Source: Promethearchaeota archaeon
Lineage (GTDB): Archaea; Asgardarchaeota; Lokiarchaeia; Sigyniarchaeales; SOKP01
DNA: 64,000 nt
NCBI GenBank assembly: GCA_048941285.1
Contig: JBHLNS010000001.1
Location: 1-64,000 of the forward strand
Reading direction: 5' to 3'
Shown here: positions 1 through 9,943 of the stretch, in pieces
How the letters are laid out: each line of letters begins with the position of its first letter
Numbering within the stretch: position 1 is the first letter of the stretch
The notes under the pieces: generated by a model
The model's database searches: none
Told to the model about the DNA's origin: nothing
Seen by the model: only the letters and a program-made list of their open reading frames with translations
Translations under genes and position numbers: made by a program

Positions 1-207
1 ATCAGTAATAAATAAAGCTCTTCTATCTTCTTCTGGAATTGTTTCTTTTAAATAAGCAGATACTTGAAGTAATCCTAATTTTCCTGAATATATTCGACTG
101 CAACAAAAATTACACATTATTCCAGCTGTTGCTCGCAGATTTAATAATGAAATTAATTCTTTTATCAGTTTTGTTTCATAAAAAGCTGGTTTTTCTTGTT
201 TTGCCAT
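1..207 (-). CDS. 5' part of probable iron-containing alcohol dehydrogenase (runs off window edge)
   Basis: Manual translation from ATG at 207: MAKQEKPAFYETKLIKELISLLNLRATAGIMCNFCCSRIYSGKLGLLQVSAYLKETIPEEDRRALFITD; 'RIYSG...RALFITD' resembles the Fe-ADH N-terminus; not in the ORF track. Confidence 0.6.
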   Translation of the reverse strand, partial: MAKQEKPAFYETKLIKELISLLNLRATAGIMCNFCCSRIYSGKLGLLQVSAYLKETIPEEDRRALFITD

Positions 208-303
208 TTATTTTTCACTTCCAAATATTTAAACTGGTCCTCACTTCCTTTCAAAATCTCCATGTTGAATTTTTTTTGGACAAATTTGTGAAAGGAATTT
301 CGC

Positions 304-347
304 CAACAATATACAGAATTATATTATTGTATTTAAGTATATTGTTG
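304..347. promoter_or_regulatory. 11-bp perfect inverted repeat (CAACAATATAC-N22-GTATATTGTTG), candidate operator upstream of the ADH gene
   Basis: Arms at 304-314 and 337-347 are exact reverse complements with an AT-rich spacer, about 100 bp upstream of the minus-strand ATG at 207. Confidence 0.4.
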
Positions 348-587
348 TTGGAGTCAACGTTTTTTGCACAAAATTTTAACATTAAACCTTGAAAGAATAG
401 TTAGGAATCAATCCTCAAACCTACTTATCACTGAACTCAAAAATGTTAATTACATTGTACTTTATTTTGAATTGTCAAATTCAATAAAATTAGCGGGTTA
501 TAAAATTTTCTTACACATGTACTTTAAATACATATATCACATCTATATAGTAACTATCCATTCTTATCTAATCTCAATAATAATTAC

Positions 588-726
588 TGCGGAGATTAGT
601 GCTAGGAAATCCGCATGACCTGACATTTTCTCACGATAATTACGGAACCCTATATTTGTTCACGTAATTATACCAAGAGGGGTATTTGAGGCGTTTTGGC
701 TAAACCAGCATACTCTGGCAGGTATT
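588..726. other. GC-richer intergenic segment with tandem hairpins (possible structured RNA or mobile-element remnant)
   Basis: TGCGGA 588-593/TCCGCA 610-615; ATAATTACG-GAAC 636-648/GTTC-A-CGTAATTAT 658-671; further short ATACC/GGTAT and CCAG/CTGG pairs. Confidence 0.3.
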
Positions 727-942
727 CTGTTTGTTCTTAACATTTTTCAAAGGAAATTTCATGGAAATAAGACGCTGAATTTACATTTCCATTCAATTTT
801 CGTTTAGTTGAAAAAAATAAGAATACAGTACTCGTCATTAACCCTCTCTTTTCCGATTATCTCAACCTCAAAATACTGATCCGGAAAAATTTTGAGTAAT
901 TAAGAAAAGTAGAAAATTAAAGAAAAATTGAAATTTAAGAAT

Positions 943-1767
943 TTATTTCCATCGCCATTTAGGTTTTGTTTTTTGAAGACGAGCAAGAGCTCCTGCTGTA
1001 GCATCTTTAGTTTGTAGCAATTGTGAACTAACTAGTGTTTCTAACTCTAGTCCAAATGCGGTATCCTTACCATAACAATCATCTATCAATTTTTTTGCAA
1101 GTCCCACCGCTAAAGGCCCACTGGTCATAAGTTCATCGGTATACTTTTTAATAATTGAATCTAATTCTTCATGGTCTTTAGCAACTCGATTTACAACACC
1201 AAGTCTATAAGCTTCCTGACCATCAAACATTCGTCCCGTCAAGATAATATCTTTAGTGTTCTGGATACCTATAAGTCTTGTTAATCTAATTGTACCCCCT
1301 ACATCAGGATTCATAGAAATTTTACTTTCTAGCATATGAAATTCAGCTGAATGGGTACAGAATCGAAAATCACATGCTAATGCTAACTCAAATGCCATTC
1401 CATAACAGTAGCCGTTTATTTTAGCTATTACCGGTTTTTCCATCTTTTCAATTTTTGTAAAAATAGGATGAATCCAGGTATTTGCAAAATATCTAAAGTT
1501 CCTAGGAATTCTTAAATCCGGAATGACACCTTCAGGATCTCTTTCTTGGCCCGTTAAAAAGTTTAAATCTATACCTGAACTAAAAAAATCATCTCCTCCA
1601 GTAATAATAACAACTCTAGCATCTGTTCTTTCTACTTGATCTATTGCTTTTTGAAGTCCAACCATCAAATCATAATTCATAGCATTTCTTTTATCTAAGC
1701 GATTCATCCGTATGGTTATTATGGATTTTTCTTCATTTTCTTCTATTAATACAGCATTTTCAGACAT
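943..1767 (-). CDS. Enoyl-CoA hydratase/isomerase (crotonase) family protein
   Basis: NRLDKRNAMN, FSSGIDL, KPVIAKINGYCYGMAFELALACDFR, ESKISMNPDVGG motifs. Confidence 0.92.
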   Translation of the reverse strand: MSENAVLIEENEEKSIITIRMNRLDKRNAMNYDLMVGLQKAIDQVERTDARVVIITGGDDFFSSGIDLNFLTGQERDPEGVIPDLRIPRNFRYFANTWIHPIFTKIEKMEKPVIAKINGYCYGMAFELALACDFRFCTHSAEFHMLESKISMNPDVGGTIRLTRLIGIQNTKDIILTGRMFDGQEAYRLGVVNRVAKDHEELDSIIKKYTDELMTSGPLAVGLAKKLIDDCYGKDTAFGLELETLVSSQLLQTKDATAGALARLQKTKPKWRWK

Positions 1768-2002
1768 TTTTTCTCAATTAAGAAATTTAATTTTTGTATA
1801 TAATAATTGTCTGCTTATAAAAAAATTATTTCTTTCCTAGTTTTAAACTGAATTTAATAGGATAACTTATTTTGTAATCTTATGCGTTGGTTTTTTTTAC
1901 TAAAACGTATAATAATTAGCTTCTTATTTTTTAGTCTAATTAGATTTTAATAAATTCCATTTTTATTCTTATTAAATATTAAAAACATTTTGGGGATTAG
2001 AA

Positions 2003-4015
2003 TTGAAATTCTTTAAGTTGTTTAAACCTTTAAAAATTAGAGATATGACTATTTCCAACCGCATCATAATGCCTGCTTTAAATCTTAATCTTGCTGATAA
2101 AGGCTTTATAACTAATAGACTAATTGACTTTTATGTTGAAAGGGCAAAGGGTGGTGCTGGTATGTTGATTGTTGGAGGTTGCGCGGTGGATCTCTATGCA
2201 AGTGGATTTCCAATGATGATCTCTATTGAAAGTGATGAGCATCTCCCGAAATTAACAGAATTTACTGAAGCTATACATAAAGCACGTGATGATGTGAAAG
2301 TTGTTTGTCAATTATACCATAGTGGAGCTTATACATTCCCATTTTTGATTGGTAAACCCCCAATCGCACCCTCAGCTATATACAGTAAATTCAGTAAAAC
2401 TACTCCTAGAGAGATGACTCTGGCAGATATAAAAAGAGAGCAACAAGCTTTTGCTGATGCCTCTATTCGGGCAAAGAAAGCAGGCTTTGATGCAATAGAA
2501 ATTTGTGCTAATGCGGGTTACTTGTTTTCTCAATTTACATCTCCGAAAACAAATATTCGAACTGATGAATATGGTGGGAGTCTTGAGAATCGTTTAAGAT
2601 TTCCTATTGAAACTCTTGAATTAATGAGACTAAGTGTCGGTGATTTTCCCATTGGATACCGAATTTCTGGCGATGATTTTGTTCCAGAAAGTAATACATA
2701 TAAAGAAAAAGCCATAATAGCTGAAAGAATATCAAAATACTTAGATTATCTAAATGTTACTGGAGGTTGGCATGAAACTAAAACCCCACAAACAACTATG
2801 GATGTTCCAGAAGGATGTTATACTTATTTAGCTGAAAATATAAGGAAGCGTGTTTCCATTCCCGTTTTTGCTTCCAATAGGATTAATTCTCCCGAATTAG
2901 CTGAACAAATATTAATAGCTGGAAAAGCAGATGCCATCTGTATGGGTAGAGCAATAGTAGCCGATCCCTATTTGCCATCAAAAGCGAAAAAAGGCGAACT
3001 TAGGGATATAATGACTTGTATTGGATGTAATCAAGGATGTTTTGATGCTATCTTTAAAATGGTACCAGTATCTTGTTTAAGGAACGCTAGAGCTGGGAAT
3101 GAGACAAAAACAGAATTAAAACCTCTTAAAGAAAAAAAGAAGATAATGATTGTTGGTGCTGGTCCGGGAGGATTAGAGGCTGCTAGAGTTGCAGGAATGA
3201 GAGGTCATGAAGTCCATATTTTTGAAAAAGATGATAAAATCGGGGGGTTATTAAATATTATTTGGATTCCTCCTGGAAGAAATGAATTCAAGAGAATAAT
3301 TGATAATTATTCATATTGGATTCATAAATATGGAATTCAACTACATCTCGACCAAGAGGTAACAATTGATACTGTTAAAAAATTTACACCCGATGTTGTT
3401 TTTATTGCAACTGGTTCAATTCCAATTAAACCATCTATTCCTGGCATAGAGAGAGAAAATGTTTACTGGGCGAATGATGTATTTAGTATGGATGCCCCTA
3501 TTGGTAAAAATAATGTAATTATTGGTGGTGGAGCAACTGGTATTGAACTAGCTATATATTTGGCTAAATATGGATCTTTAAGCCTTGAAGCATTTGATTT
3601 TCTTACAAGATATCAAGCCCTAGAGCCTGAAGATGCCCTAAAGATGTTACATAAAGGGAGAAATAAAGTAATTGTGCTAGAGCAACTTCCAAAATTAGGC
3701 TCAGCATTAGGAAAAACAACAAAATGGGTGCTTCTTGATAAATGTGACGCTCTAGGAGTTAAGTTTCATACAAATGTTAGAGTTAAAGAAATTGGAGAGA
3801 ATTATGTAAGTTATCTTGATGTTAAAGATAGAGAACAAATTATTAACGATGTAGATGCGATATATTATGCCACTGGAGTTGAACCAAATAATCTTCTTTA
3901 CAAAGATCTAAAACAACTTGAAAATATTCAGGTGGAAAAAATAGGAGATGCTAGAAAACCAGAAACTGTCTTAGAAGCTATTCATAGAGCGTATAAACTA
4001 GCAAATAACGTTTAA
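2003..4015 (+). CDS. fadH: FadH-like 2,4-dienoyl-CoA reductase (FMN TIM barrel + 4Fe-4S + FAD/NADPH domains)
   Basis: Old-yellow-enzyme barrel (NRIIMPA, RTDEYGGSLENRLRF), GGWHE, CIGCNQGC..C cluster motif, GAGPGG and GGGATG Rossmann motifs. Confidence 0.8.
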   Translation: MKFFKLFKPLKIRDMTISNRIIMPALNLNLADKGFITNRLIDFYVERAKGGAGMLIVGGCAVDLYASGFPMMISIESDEHLPKLTEFTEAIHKARDDVKVVCQLYHSGAYTFPFLIGKPPIAPSAIYSKFSKTTPREMTLADIKREQQAFADASIRAKKAGFDAIEICANAGYLFSQFTSPKTNIRTDEYGGSLENRLRFPIETLELMRLSVGDFPIGYRISGDDFVPESNTYKEKAIIAERISKYLDYLNVTGGWHETKTPQTTMDVPEGCYTYLAENIRKRVSIPVFASNRINSPELAEQILIAGKADAICMGRAIVADPYLPSKAKKGELRDIMTCIGCNQGCFDAIFKMVPVSCLRNARAGNETKTELKPLKEKKKIMIVGAGPGGLEAARVAGMRGHEVHIFEKDDKIGGLLNIIWIPPGRNEFKRIIDNYSYWIHKYGIQLHLDQEVTIDTVKKFTPDVVFIATGSIPIKPSIPGIERENVYWANDVFSMDAPIGKNNVIIGGGATGIELAIYLAKYGSLSLEAFDFLTRYQALEPEDALKMLHKGRNKVIVLEQLPKLGSALGKTTKWVLLDKCDALGVKFHTNVRVKEIGENYVSYLDVKDREQIINDVDAIYYATGVEPNNLLYKDLKQLENIQVEKIGDARKPETVLEAIHRAYKLANNV

Positions 4016-4101
4016 AAAAATCTAATTTTTTTATAATTTTTAGTATGTTTATTCCTTTTCTTAAATTTTCTTGGAATACAGCGAAAATTAATAAAAATTG
4101 A

Positions 4102-5652
4102 TTAAGAATGAAAGATTTTACCGGTTTTACTTTCTTCCTCTTCACGAAGTGGTTGTTTCATAATTTTACCGGTTGGTGTTTTAGGTAGATCGTCTCTAAA
4201 TTCCACATATTTAGGAACTTTAAAATCTGCTAGATGTCTTTTGCAGTATTCGATGAGTTCTTGTTCATTAAGAGATTCTCCTTCTTTTAGAACAATAAAT
4301 GCTTTAGGTAATTCTCCATAAATCTTATCTCGTACACCTATGACTGTAGCTAAAGAAACTGATGGATGAGCATACAGTACTTCCTCAATTTCACGAGGAT
4401 AAATGTTTTCTCCACCTCTTATAATCATATCCTTTTTGCGGTCCGTTATATAGAAAAATCCATCTTCGTCCATATATCCAATATCTCCCGTAAATAGCCA
4501 GTCATCTTTAAGGGTTTCTGCGTTTGCTTCAGGATTTTTGTAATATTCCTTCATCACATTATCTCCTTTTACAACAATCTCACCCTTCGTATTTGGAGGA
4601 AGATCTTTACCATTTTCATCAACAATTTTCATTTCATTTCCAGGTAAAGGTATACCGATACTACCTACTTTTCGCCGATCTTCTGTTTCAGTAGGTAGTG
4701 GATTTACAGAAGACGCACAAGTTCCTTCTGTAAGACCATATCCTTCTACAATTTTACAGTTAAAAGTACTTTCAAATTCCTTAAATACTTCTACAGGTAA
4801 AGGAGCAGCTCCACAAACAATATATTCTAATGAAGAAAGATCTAAATTCTCATGGGGCATTCTAAGTAAGATAGAAAGCACAGTTGGAACACAACTAAAT
4901 GTGGTTGCCTTATATTTGGCTACAGTTTCCCAGTGAGTTTGTGCTGAAAATCCAGGTGTTAAAATAGAACTCGCTCCAATTACTAAAGGCGTAACAATAG
5001 TGACTATTTGAGCATTAACATGAAATAGGGGTAAAATCAGCATATAACGAAAGTGTTCCTTTCCATTAGTGAAATCTCGTATCATTTCTGCGTTTCTCCT
5101 AATGTTAAAATGAGTCTGTAGAACTCCTTTAGGAAAACCAGTAGTTCCTGATGTATATAATATAGCAGCAGGGTCTTCTTTTTCATCGATATCCACCTCT
5201 GGAGGTGCAGCAGGTGTAGCTTTTTCCATTAATTCCTCGTAACTTAATGTACCTTCAAGTTTTTCTCCGATAACGATTATGTGTTGTAGATGGGGGAGCT
5301 CTCCCTTAATTTGATTAACAACTTCCATAAATTTTGGAATAGTAACAATAATTTTAGCTTCTGAATGGCCAACAACAAATTTCACTTCTCTTGGTTTAAA
5401 TAACGCATTTACGGGACCAGTAATTGCTCCTATTTTAGGAATACCTAAGTATAAAAATACATATTCAGGCATATTTGGTAAATAAACACTTACTTTATCC
5501 CCTTTTCTGACGCCTAAATCATATAAGAAATTCGCTACTTTATTAGTAAGCTCATTCAATTGAGAATAAGAGATAGTAATATCCTTCCAATATAGAAATA
5601 CTTTATCCTCATACTTTTTTGCCTGAATTTCCACTAATTCTCTTAAATTCAT
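4102..5652 (-). CDS. Long-chain fatty acid--CoA ligase (ANL family)
   Basis: YTSGTTGFPKG, EGYGLTE, TGDIG, DRKKDMIIRGGENIYP, PKTPTGK. Confidence 0.92.
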   Translation of the reverse strand: MNLRELVEIQAKKYEDKVFLYWKDITISYSQLNELTNKVANFLYDLGVRKGDKVSVYLPNMPEYVFLYLGIPKIGAITGPVNALFKPREVKFVVGHSEAKIIVTIPKFMEVVNQIKGELPHLQHIIVIGEKLEGTLSYEELMEKATPAAPPEVDIDEKEDPAAILYTSGTTGFPKGVLQTHFNIRRNAEMIRDFTNGKEHFRYMLILPLFHVNAQIVTIVTPLVIGASSILTPGFSAQTHWETVAKYKATTFSCVPTVLSILLRMPHENLDLSSLEYIVCGAAPLPVEVFKEFESTFNCKIVEGYGLTEGTCASSVNPLPTETEDRRKVGSIGIPLPGNEMKIVDENGKDLPPNTKGEIVVKGDNVMKEYYKNPEANAETLKDDWLFTGDIGYMDEDGFFYITDRKKDMIIRGGENIYPREIEEVLYAHPSVSLATVIGVRDKIYGELPKAFIVLKEGESLNEQELIEYCKRHLADFKVPKYVEFRDDLPKTPTGKIMKQPLREEEESKTGKIFHS

Positions 5653-5804
5653 TTTTCATTTCCTCTTTTTTATGTATTTATCATACTGTAAATTAAACAA
5701 GCAAAAGTATTTTCTTTAATATATAAATTTTACAATATTAAGCGAAATTCATTCATTATTAGATAAACAAGAGAAAAAAAGATTAATAATTAAAATTAAA
5801 AATT

Positions 5805-6881
5805 TTAAGGAGTAATTACTGGATAGGTTTCTTTAAAATAGCTTAATACTGTATCTGTAAATAATTCTAAAGATTGAAAGTAATTACCTACTCCAAATAC
5901 TTCAATTAGAAGATGTTCTACTCCTGCTTTAACAAATTCCTCTATTTGCTGAATACAATCTTCAGGGCTACCAAAAATAACCATTGAATCAATAATTTCC
6001 TCCGGAATGTTTTCCTTTGCAAATTCCATTACTTCTTTCTGTGATTTAGCCATTTCTGATAAAGTTTGATTAATAAGTCGATGCTGAAATTTTTCAGGAA
6101 GCTTAATATTGTAATCTTCAAGAATATGTGAATTTACAGTGCTAATTAGACCAAAAGATTTTCCCATCTCTCGCGCAATGTCTGGTTTATCTTTACTAAT
6201 TACAACATATACTTCACAAGCTTTTTCAATTTCATTCAGTCTTCCCCCTTTTCCTAAAATCTTTAAATTTTTTTTAAATGATTGTGCATTACTCATTGGA
6301 AGCCACCCATCAGCAATAAGCCCTGTAAACTCAATTAATCTAGGGCCATTAGCAGCGATCCACAATTTTGGCATATTTTTAGTAGGATATTGTAATCGAG
6401 CATTTTTCAAATTATAATATTTACCTGTAAAATCAACTCTTCCCTTTCTTGATTGTGCAGTTTTCCAGAGCTCCTTTATTACTTCAACAGCTTCAATTAA
6501 TCTTGATGCTGGTTTATCCCAAATAATTCCAAATTCATTCAGATTCATTGCCTCTCCAGCCCCTATTCCCAAAATAAAACGATCATTACTTAACCGTTGA
6601 ATTGTTAGTGCATCTAATGCAATTTGGGCCGGATGTCTTCTATGAGGATCTGTTACACATGAACCAATTTTTATATTTTCCGTCTGGGAAGCAGCAATTG
6701 GTAATATTACATTACTACTCACCACTTCAGAATTCATTGGAGAAGAATTTAAATGATCCATCATAAAAATTGAGTCATATCCATTTTTTTCACAGTAAAG
6801 AATTGATTTTAAATAATCTTTTGTTTCTAATCCTAAATATGCTGCATTTGTTCCATGTTGAAAACCAAATTTAACTCCCAT
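5805..6881 (-). CDS. LLM-class (luciferase-like), probably F420-dependent oxidoreductase
   Basis: MDH, GSCVTDPHRRHP, RFILGIGAGE, ADGWLP motifs of the Mer/LLM family. Confidence 0.85.
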   Translation of the reverse strand: MGVKFGFQHGTNAAYLGLETKDYLKSILYCEKNGYDSIFMMDHLNSSPMNSEVVSSNVILPIAASQTENIKIGSCVTDPHRRHPAQIALDALTIQRLSNDRFILGIGAGEAMNLNEFGIIWDKPASRLIEAVEVIKELWKTAQSRKGRVDFTGKYYNLKNARLQYPTKNMPKLWIAANGPRLIEFTGLIADGWLPMSNAQSFKKNLKILGKGGRLNEIEKACEVYVVISKDKPDIAREMGKSFGLISTVNSHILEDYNIKLPEKFQHRLINQTLSEMAKSQKEVMEFAKENIPEEIIDSMVIFGSPEDCIQQIEEFVKAGVEHLLIEVFGVGNYFQSLELFTDTVLSYFKETYPVITP

Positions 6882-7085
6882 TATTGGTTACCCTCAAATT
6901 ATTTTTAAAAAATTGGATTTACCTTTTTCTCAATTTATAATAGCAAGTATAGTATTTTGAGAGATCCTTAAAAAGTTTTTACACTTTTGAATATATTTCA
7001 AAATGAAGAAGAAACATATTAATATGAATAAAATCTAATTTCCATAGTAATCTAAGTTTCTTACTCATAAATTAGAGTTTAAATT

Positions 7086-7988
7086 GTGATAAAAATGTCA
7101 GAAAAAGATTTAAAGAAAAAATTAGTAATAAGCGCTGCTCTTACAGGAGCAGTAACCAATAGAGATATGAATCCTAATGTCCCATTTACAGCAGAAGAAT
7201 TTGGGGTTGAAGCTAAAAAATGTTATGAAGCAGGAGCAGCAGTAGTACACATCCATGCACGAGATCCAGAAAAAGGTAATCCCACGCATGAATTAAACAT
7301 TATAAGCGCTATACTAGATAATATTAAAGAAAAAGCCCCAGATATATTAATTAATCTTAGCACCGCAATAAGTTCAATAGTAACCCCTAAACAAAGAATT
7401 GAACCTGTTGCGACATTTAAACCTCCTATTGCTTCATTAAATACCAATTCAATGAATTTCGCAGTAGGAGATCATAAAACGGGACAAGTTGGACTTGGCT
7501 CGAAAAATATTTTTGAAAACACATTTGATACTATTCAAAAATTTGCAAAAGCAATGAAAAAAGCACAAACAAAACCAGAAATCGAAGTTTACGATATTGG
7601 TGGAATGTATAACATTTTACATTTATCAAAACAACAACCTAAACGACTTCTTGATCCTCCACTTCATTTTCAGTTTGTATTCGGTGTTTTAGGAGGAATA
7701 CCTTTTTCCTATGAAAATTTAGCACATCTTATCAATCTCAAACCTCCAGATGCTAGTTGGAGTGTTTGTGGTGTAGCTAAAAACCAATTTCAAGCAGCAA
7801 TGTGTGCAGCGGCTATGGATGGGCATATTCGGGTTGGATTAGAAGATAATACAAAATTACCTGATGGTCGATTAGCCAAAGGAAGTTGGGAACAAGTAGA
7901 ATGGGCTGCAAAGGTTGCTCGAGTAGCAAATCGTGAACCAGCAACCCCTGATGAAGCAAGAAAAATCTTTAATTTATACCAACAATAA
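7086..7988 (+). CDS. 3-keto-5-aminohexanoate cleavage enzyme (BKACE/Kce) family protein
   Basis: ISAALTGA, VVHIHARD, KPEIEVYD, HIRVGLEDN, ATPDEARKI; start may be ATG at 7095. Confidence 0.9.
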   Translation: MIKMSEKDLKKKLVISAALTGAVTNRDMNPNVPFTAEEFGVEAKKCYEAGAAVVHIHARDPEKGNPTHELNIISAILDNIKEKAPDILINLSTAISSIVTPKQRIEPVATFKPPIASLNTNSMNFAVGDHKTGQVGLGSKNIFENTFDTIQKFAKAMKKAQTKPEIEVYDIGGMYNILHLSKQQPKRLLDPPLHFQFVFGVLGGIPFSYENLAHLINLKPPDASWSVCGVAKNQFQAAMCAAAMDGHIRVGLEDNTKLPDGRLAKGSWEQVEWAAKVARVANREPATPDEARKIFNLYQQ

Positions 7989-8106
7989 TAAATTCATTAG
8001 GTTATTTATTTTAATTTTATTTTTTTCCTTATCTTATATTAATTATTAATTGAATTAATTTTATTATTCAGTTTATTGAACTCCAAAATTAAGAAGGTGT
8101 GTTAAT

Positions 8107-9192
8107 ATCAAACCTAAATTTATTCCGGGATTAAAATTATCTGAATATTTTTATAGAGATGTTATAAAAGAAAAACTTGAAAAGCAATATCCTGAATTAA
8201 AATATGCTGCTGCTTTAATTGGTCGAGGTTCTGAAGTTCTTGGATTAGATGATGAAATCTCTACAGATCATCACTGGGGTCCAAGGTTACAAATTTTTTT
8301 GAGAGAAGTAGATTATAATAAATACCATTTACAAATTAAACAATTTTTCAATAATAATCTCCCGCTTAACTTTCTTGGATATTCTACAAACTGGAGTGAA
8401 CCAAACGGGAATGATAATATGAATCAGTTTCTGATACAAAAAGAAATTGGCCCCATTAATCATAGAATTGAAATTTATACTGTTCAAAATTTCTTACAAC
8501 AGTTTCTAGGTCTTGAATCCTTAAATCTTACTGAAATTGACTGGTGTACAGTTCCAGAACAGAAGTTATTAGAGTTTACATCAGGAAAGGTATTTTATGA
8601 TAATTTAGGAGAATTAACCTATGCTAGAAAAATCTTAAACTACTTTCCCGATTCAATTTGGAAATTAAAACTTATTGTGCAATGGGATCGAATTTCTCAA
8701 GAAATGGCATTTGTAGGAAGGATTGGAATAAGAGATGATGAATTAGGATCCAGAATAGAAGCCTCACGTTTAGTGAGATATATTATGGAGTTGGCTTTCA
8801 TTCTTGAGAGGAAATATATTCCGTATGAAAAATGGTTTGGTATAGCTTTCAAAAACTTAATTATAGCAAAGAGTTTAGAACATCTATTATTAAAAATATT
8901 AAAGGAAAATAAATGGCAACAACGAGAGAAACATCTATGTGATGCGTATTTAAAACTTATTAAAATGCATATAGAGTTAAATCTAATCCCCAATATTGAA
9001 ATTAAGCCTATAAAATTCTATAATCGACCCCAGTTAGTGGTTCCACTCCAGCAGTTTATTGAAGAATTAAAGAAAGGAATTGCTTCTTCTTTTAACCAAG
9101 CATTATATTCTCTAGGAACCATCAACCAATTCATTACTATTTGTAATAATCTAAATCTTAAATTTTGCAAAAGAGCGAAACAGTTTTATTAA
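8107..9192 (+). CDS. DUF4037-family (nucleotidyltransferase-like) protein; probable start upstream of the track ORF at a non-canonical ATC
   Basis: Frame of the 8299 ORF is open back to TGA at 8077 and encodes KPKFIPGLKLSEYFY...AALIGRGSEVLGLDDEISTDHHWGPR, the family N-terminal motif; YIPYEKWF downstream. Confidence 0.75.
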   Translation: MKPKFIPGLKLSEYFYRDVIKEKLEKQYPELKYAAALIGRGSEVLGLDDEISTDHHWGPRLQIFLREVDYNKYHLQIKQFFNNNLPLNFLGYSTNWSEPNGNDNMNQFLIQKEIGPINHRIEIYTVQNFLQQFLGLESLNLTEIDWCTVPEQKLLEFTSGKVFYDNLGELTYARKILNYFPDSIWKLKLIVQWDRISQEMAFVGRIGIRDDELGSRIEASRLVRYIMELAFILERKYIPYEKWFGIAFKNLIIAKSLEHLLLKILKENKWQQREKHLCDAYLKLIKMHIELNLIPNIEIKPIKFYNRPQLVVPLQQFIEELKKGIASSFNQALYSLGTINQFITICNNLNLKFCKRAKQFY

Positions 9193-9336
9193 TAGAGTAA
9201 AAGAGTAAAATGAAAATTATTTAAAGATTATATTCATTCCCAATTTATAATATTTCTTAAATTTTTTTCCTGTATATCATCAACATTTTTAATATTAAAA
9301 TATAATATTAAAAAAATAAAAATTAAAAGGAATTAT

Positions 9337-9939
9337 TTAAAATGTAAAACCTTCTGGAAGTTCTGATTCAGTTGTATCCTCAACAACAAACATTAAATCC
9401 ATAATTGTATAGGTCGGGCTCTTGGTTCGAAAGATTGGTACAACTCTCTTTCCAATTTCTGGTTCTCCTACAACTAAGACGCTCATAAGAATCGTAACTA
9501 CTTCTTCATCAAACTCAACATTTATAAATTTGATGGGCTTTGGTAAGATATTAAATGCTCCAGAACGATGGGTAATGATAAATGAGTGGATCTTGGCAGT
9601 TTTTTGAGCTTTCTCAGTAATATCTACAATAGTATTTTTTCTTAGGCAATCTGGGCAATAAATTCGAAATGGTTCATAAATTGAACCTTTTGTTTCACAT
9701 CTTTTGTTATCACACCTAGAAGCCATTAGTTTTCCTTTACCAAGAGACTCGAAAAATATAGCTTCTTCTCCATATGAGTGTATATATGTCATATCTCTGG
9801 GGTTTGTAACACCTGCTAGTTTTCCTGTTTCTTTATTATAAATCGGTTGATTTTTTTCAATTATATGAAAAACTCCTTTAGGTTTATATCTCTCATTAAC
9901 AATCTCTACAAAACCTTTTTCCTGTTCTGTTTTTGGCAT
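9337..9939 (-). CDS. DUF35 (Zn-ribbon + OB-fold) thiolase partner protein
   Basis: FFESLGKGKLMASRC-x4-C...CPDC zinc ribbon followed by OB-fold; 4 bp downstream of the thiolase. Confidence 0.85.
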   Translation of the reverse strand: MPKTEQEKGFVEIVNERYKPKGVFHIIEKNQPIYNKETGKLAGVTNPRDMTYIHSYGEEAIFFESLGKGKLMASRCDNKRCETKGSIYEPFRIYCPDCLRKNTIVDITEKAQKTAKIHSFIITHRSGAFNILPKPIKFINVEFDEEVVTILMSVLVVGEPEIGKRVVPIFRTKSPTYTIMDLMFVVEDTTESELPEGFTF

Positions 9940-9943
9940 CTTT

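Noticed and set aside
39-618. Track ORFs 39..392 and 364..618 (+)
   Set aside because: The first is antisense to the ADH 5' end; both have F/L/I-biased composition typical of AT-rich noncoding frames and no motifs
600-800. RNase P or SRP RNA
   Set aside because: TAGGAAATCC only loosely resembles the RNase P GAGGAAAGUCC motif; I found no matching 3' conserved region or SRP helix-8 motif
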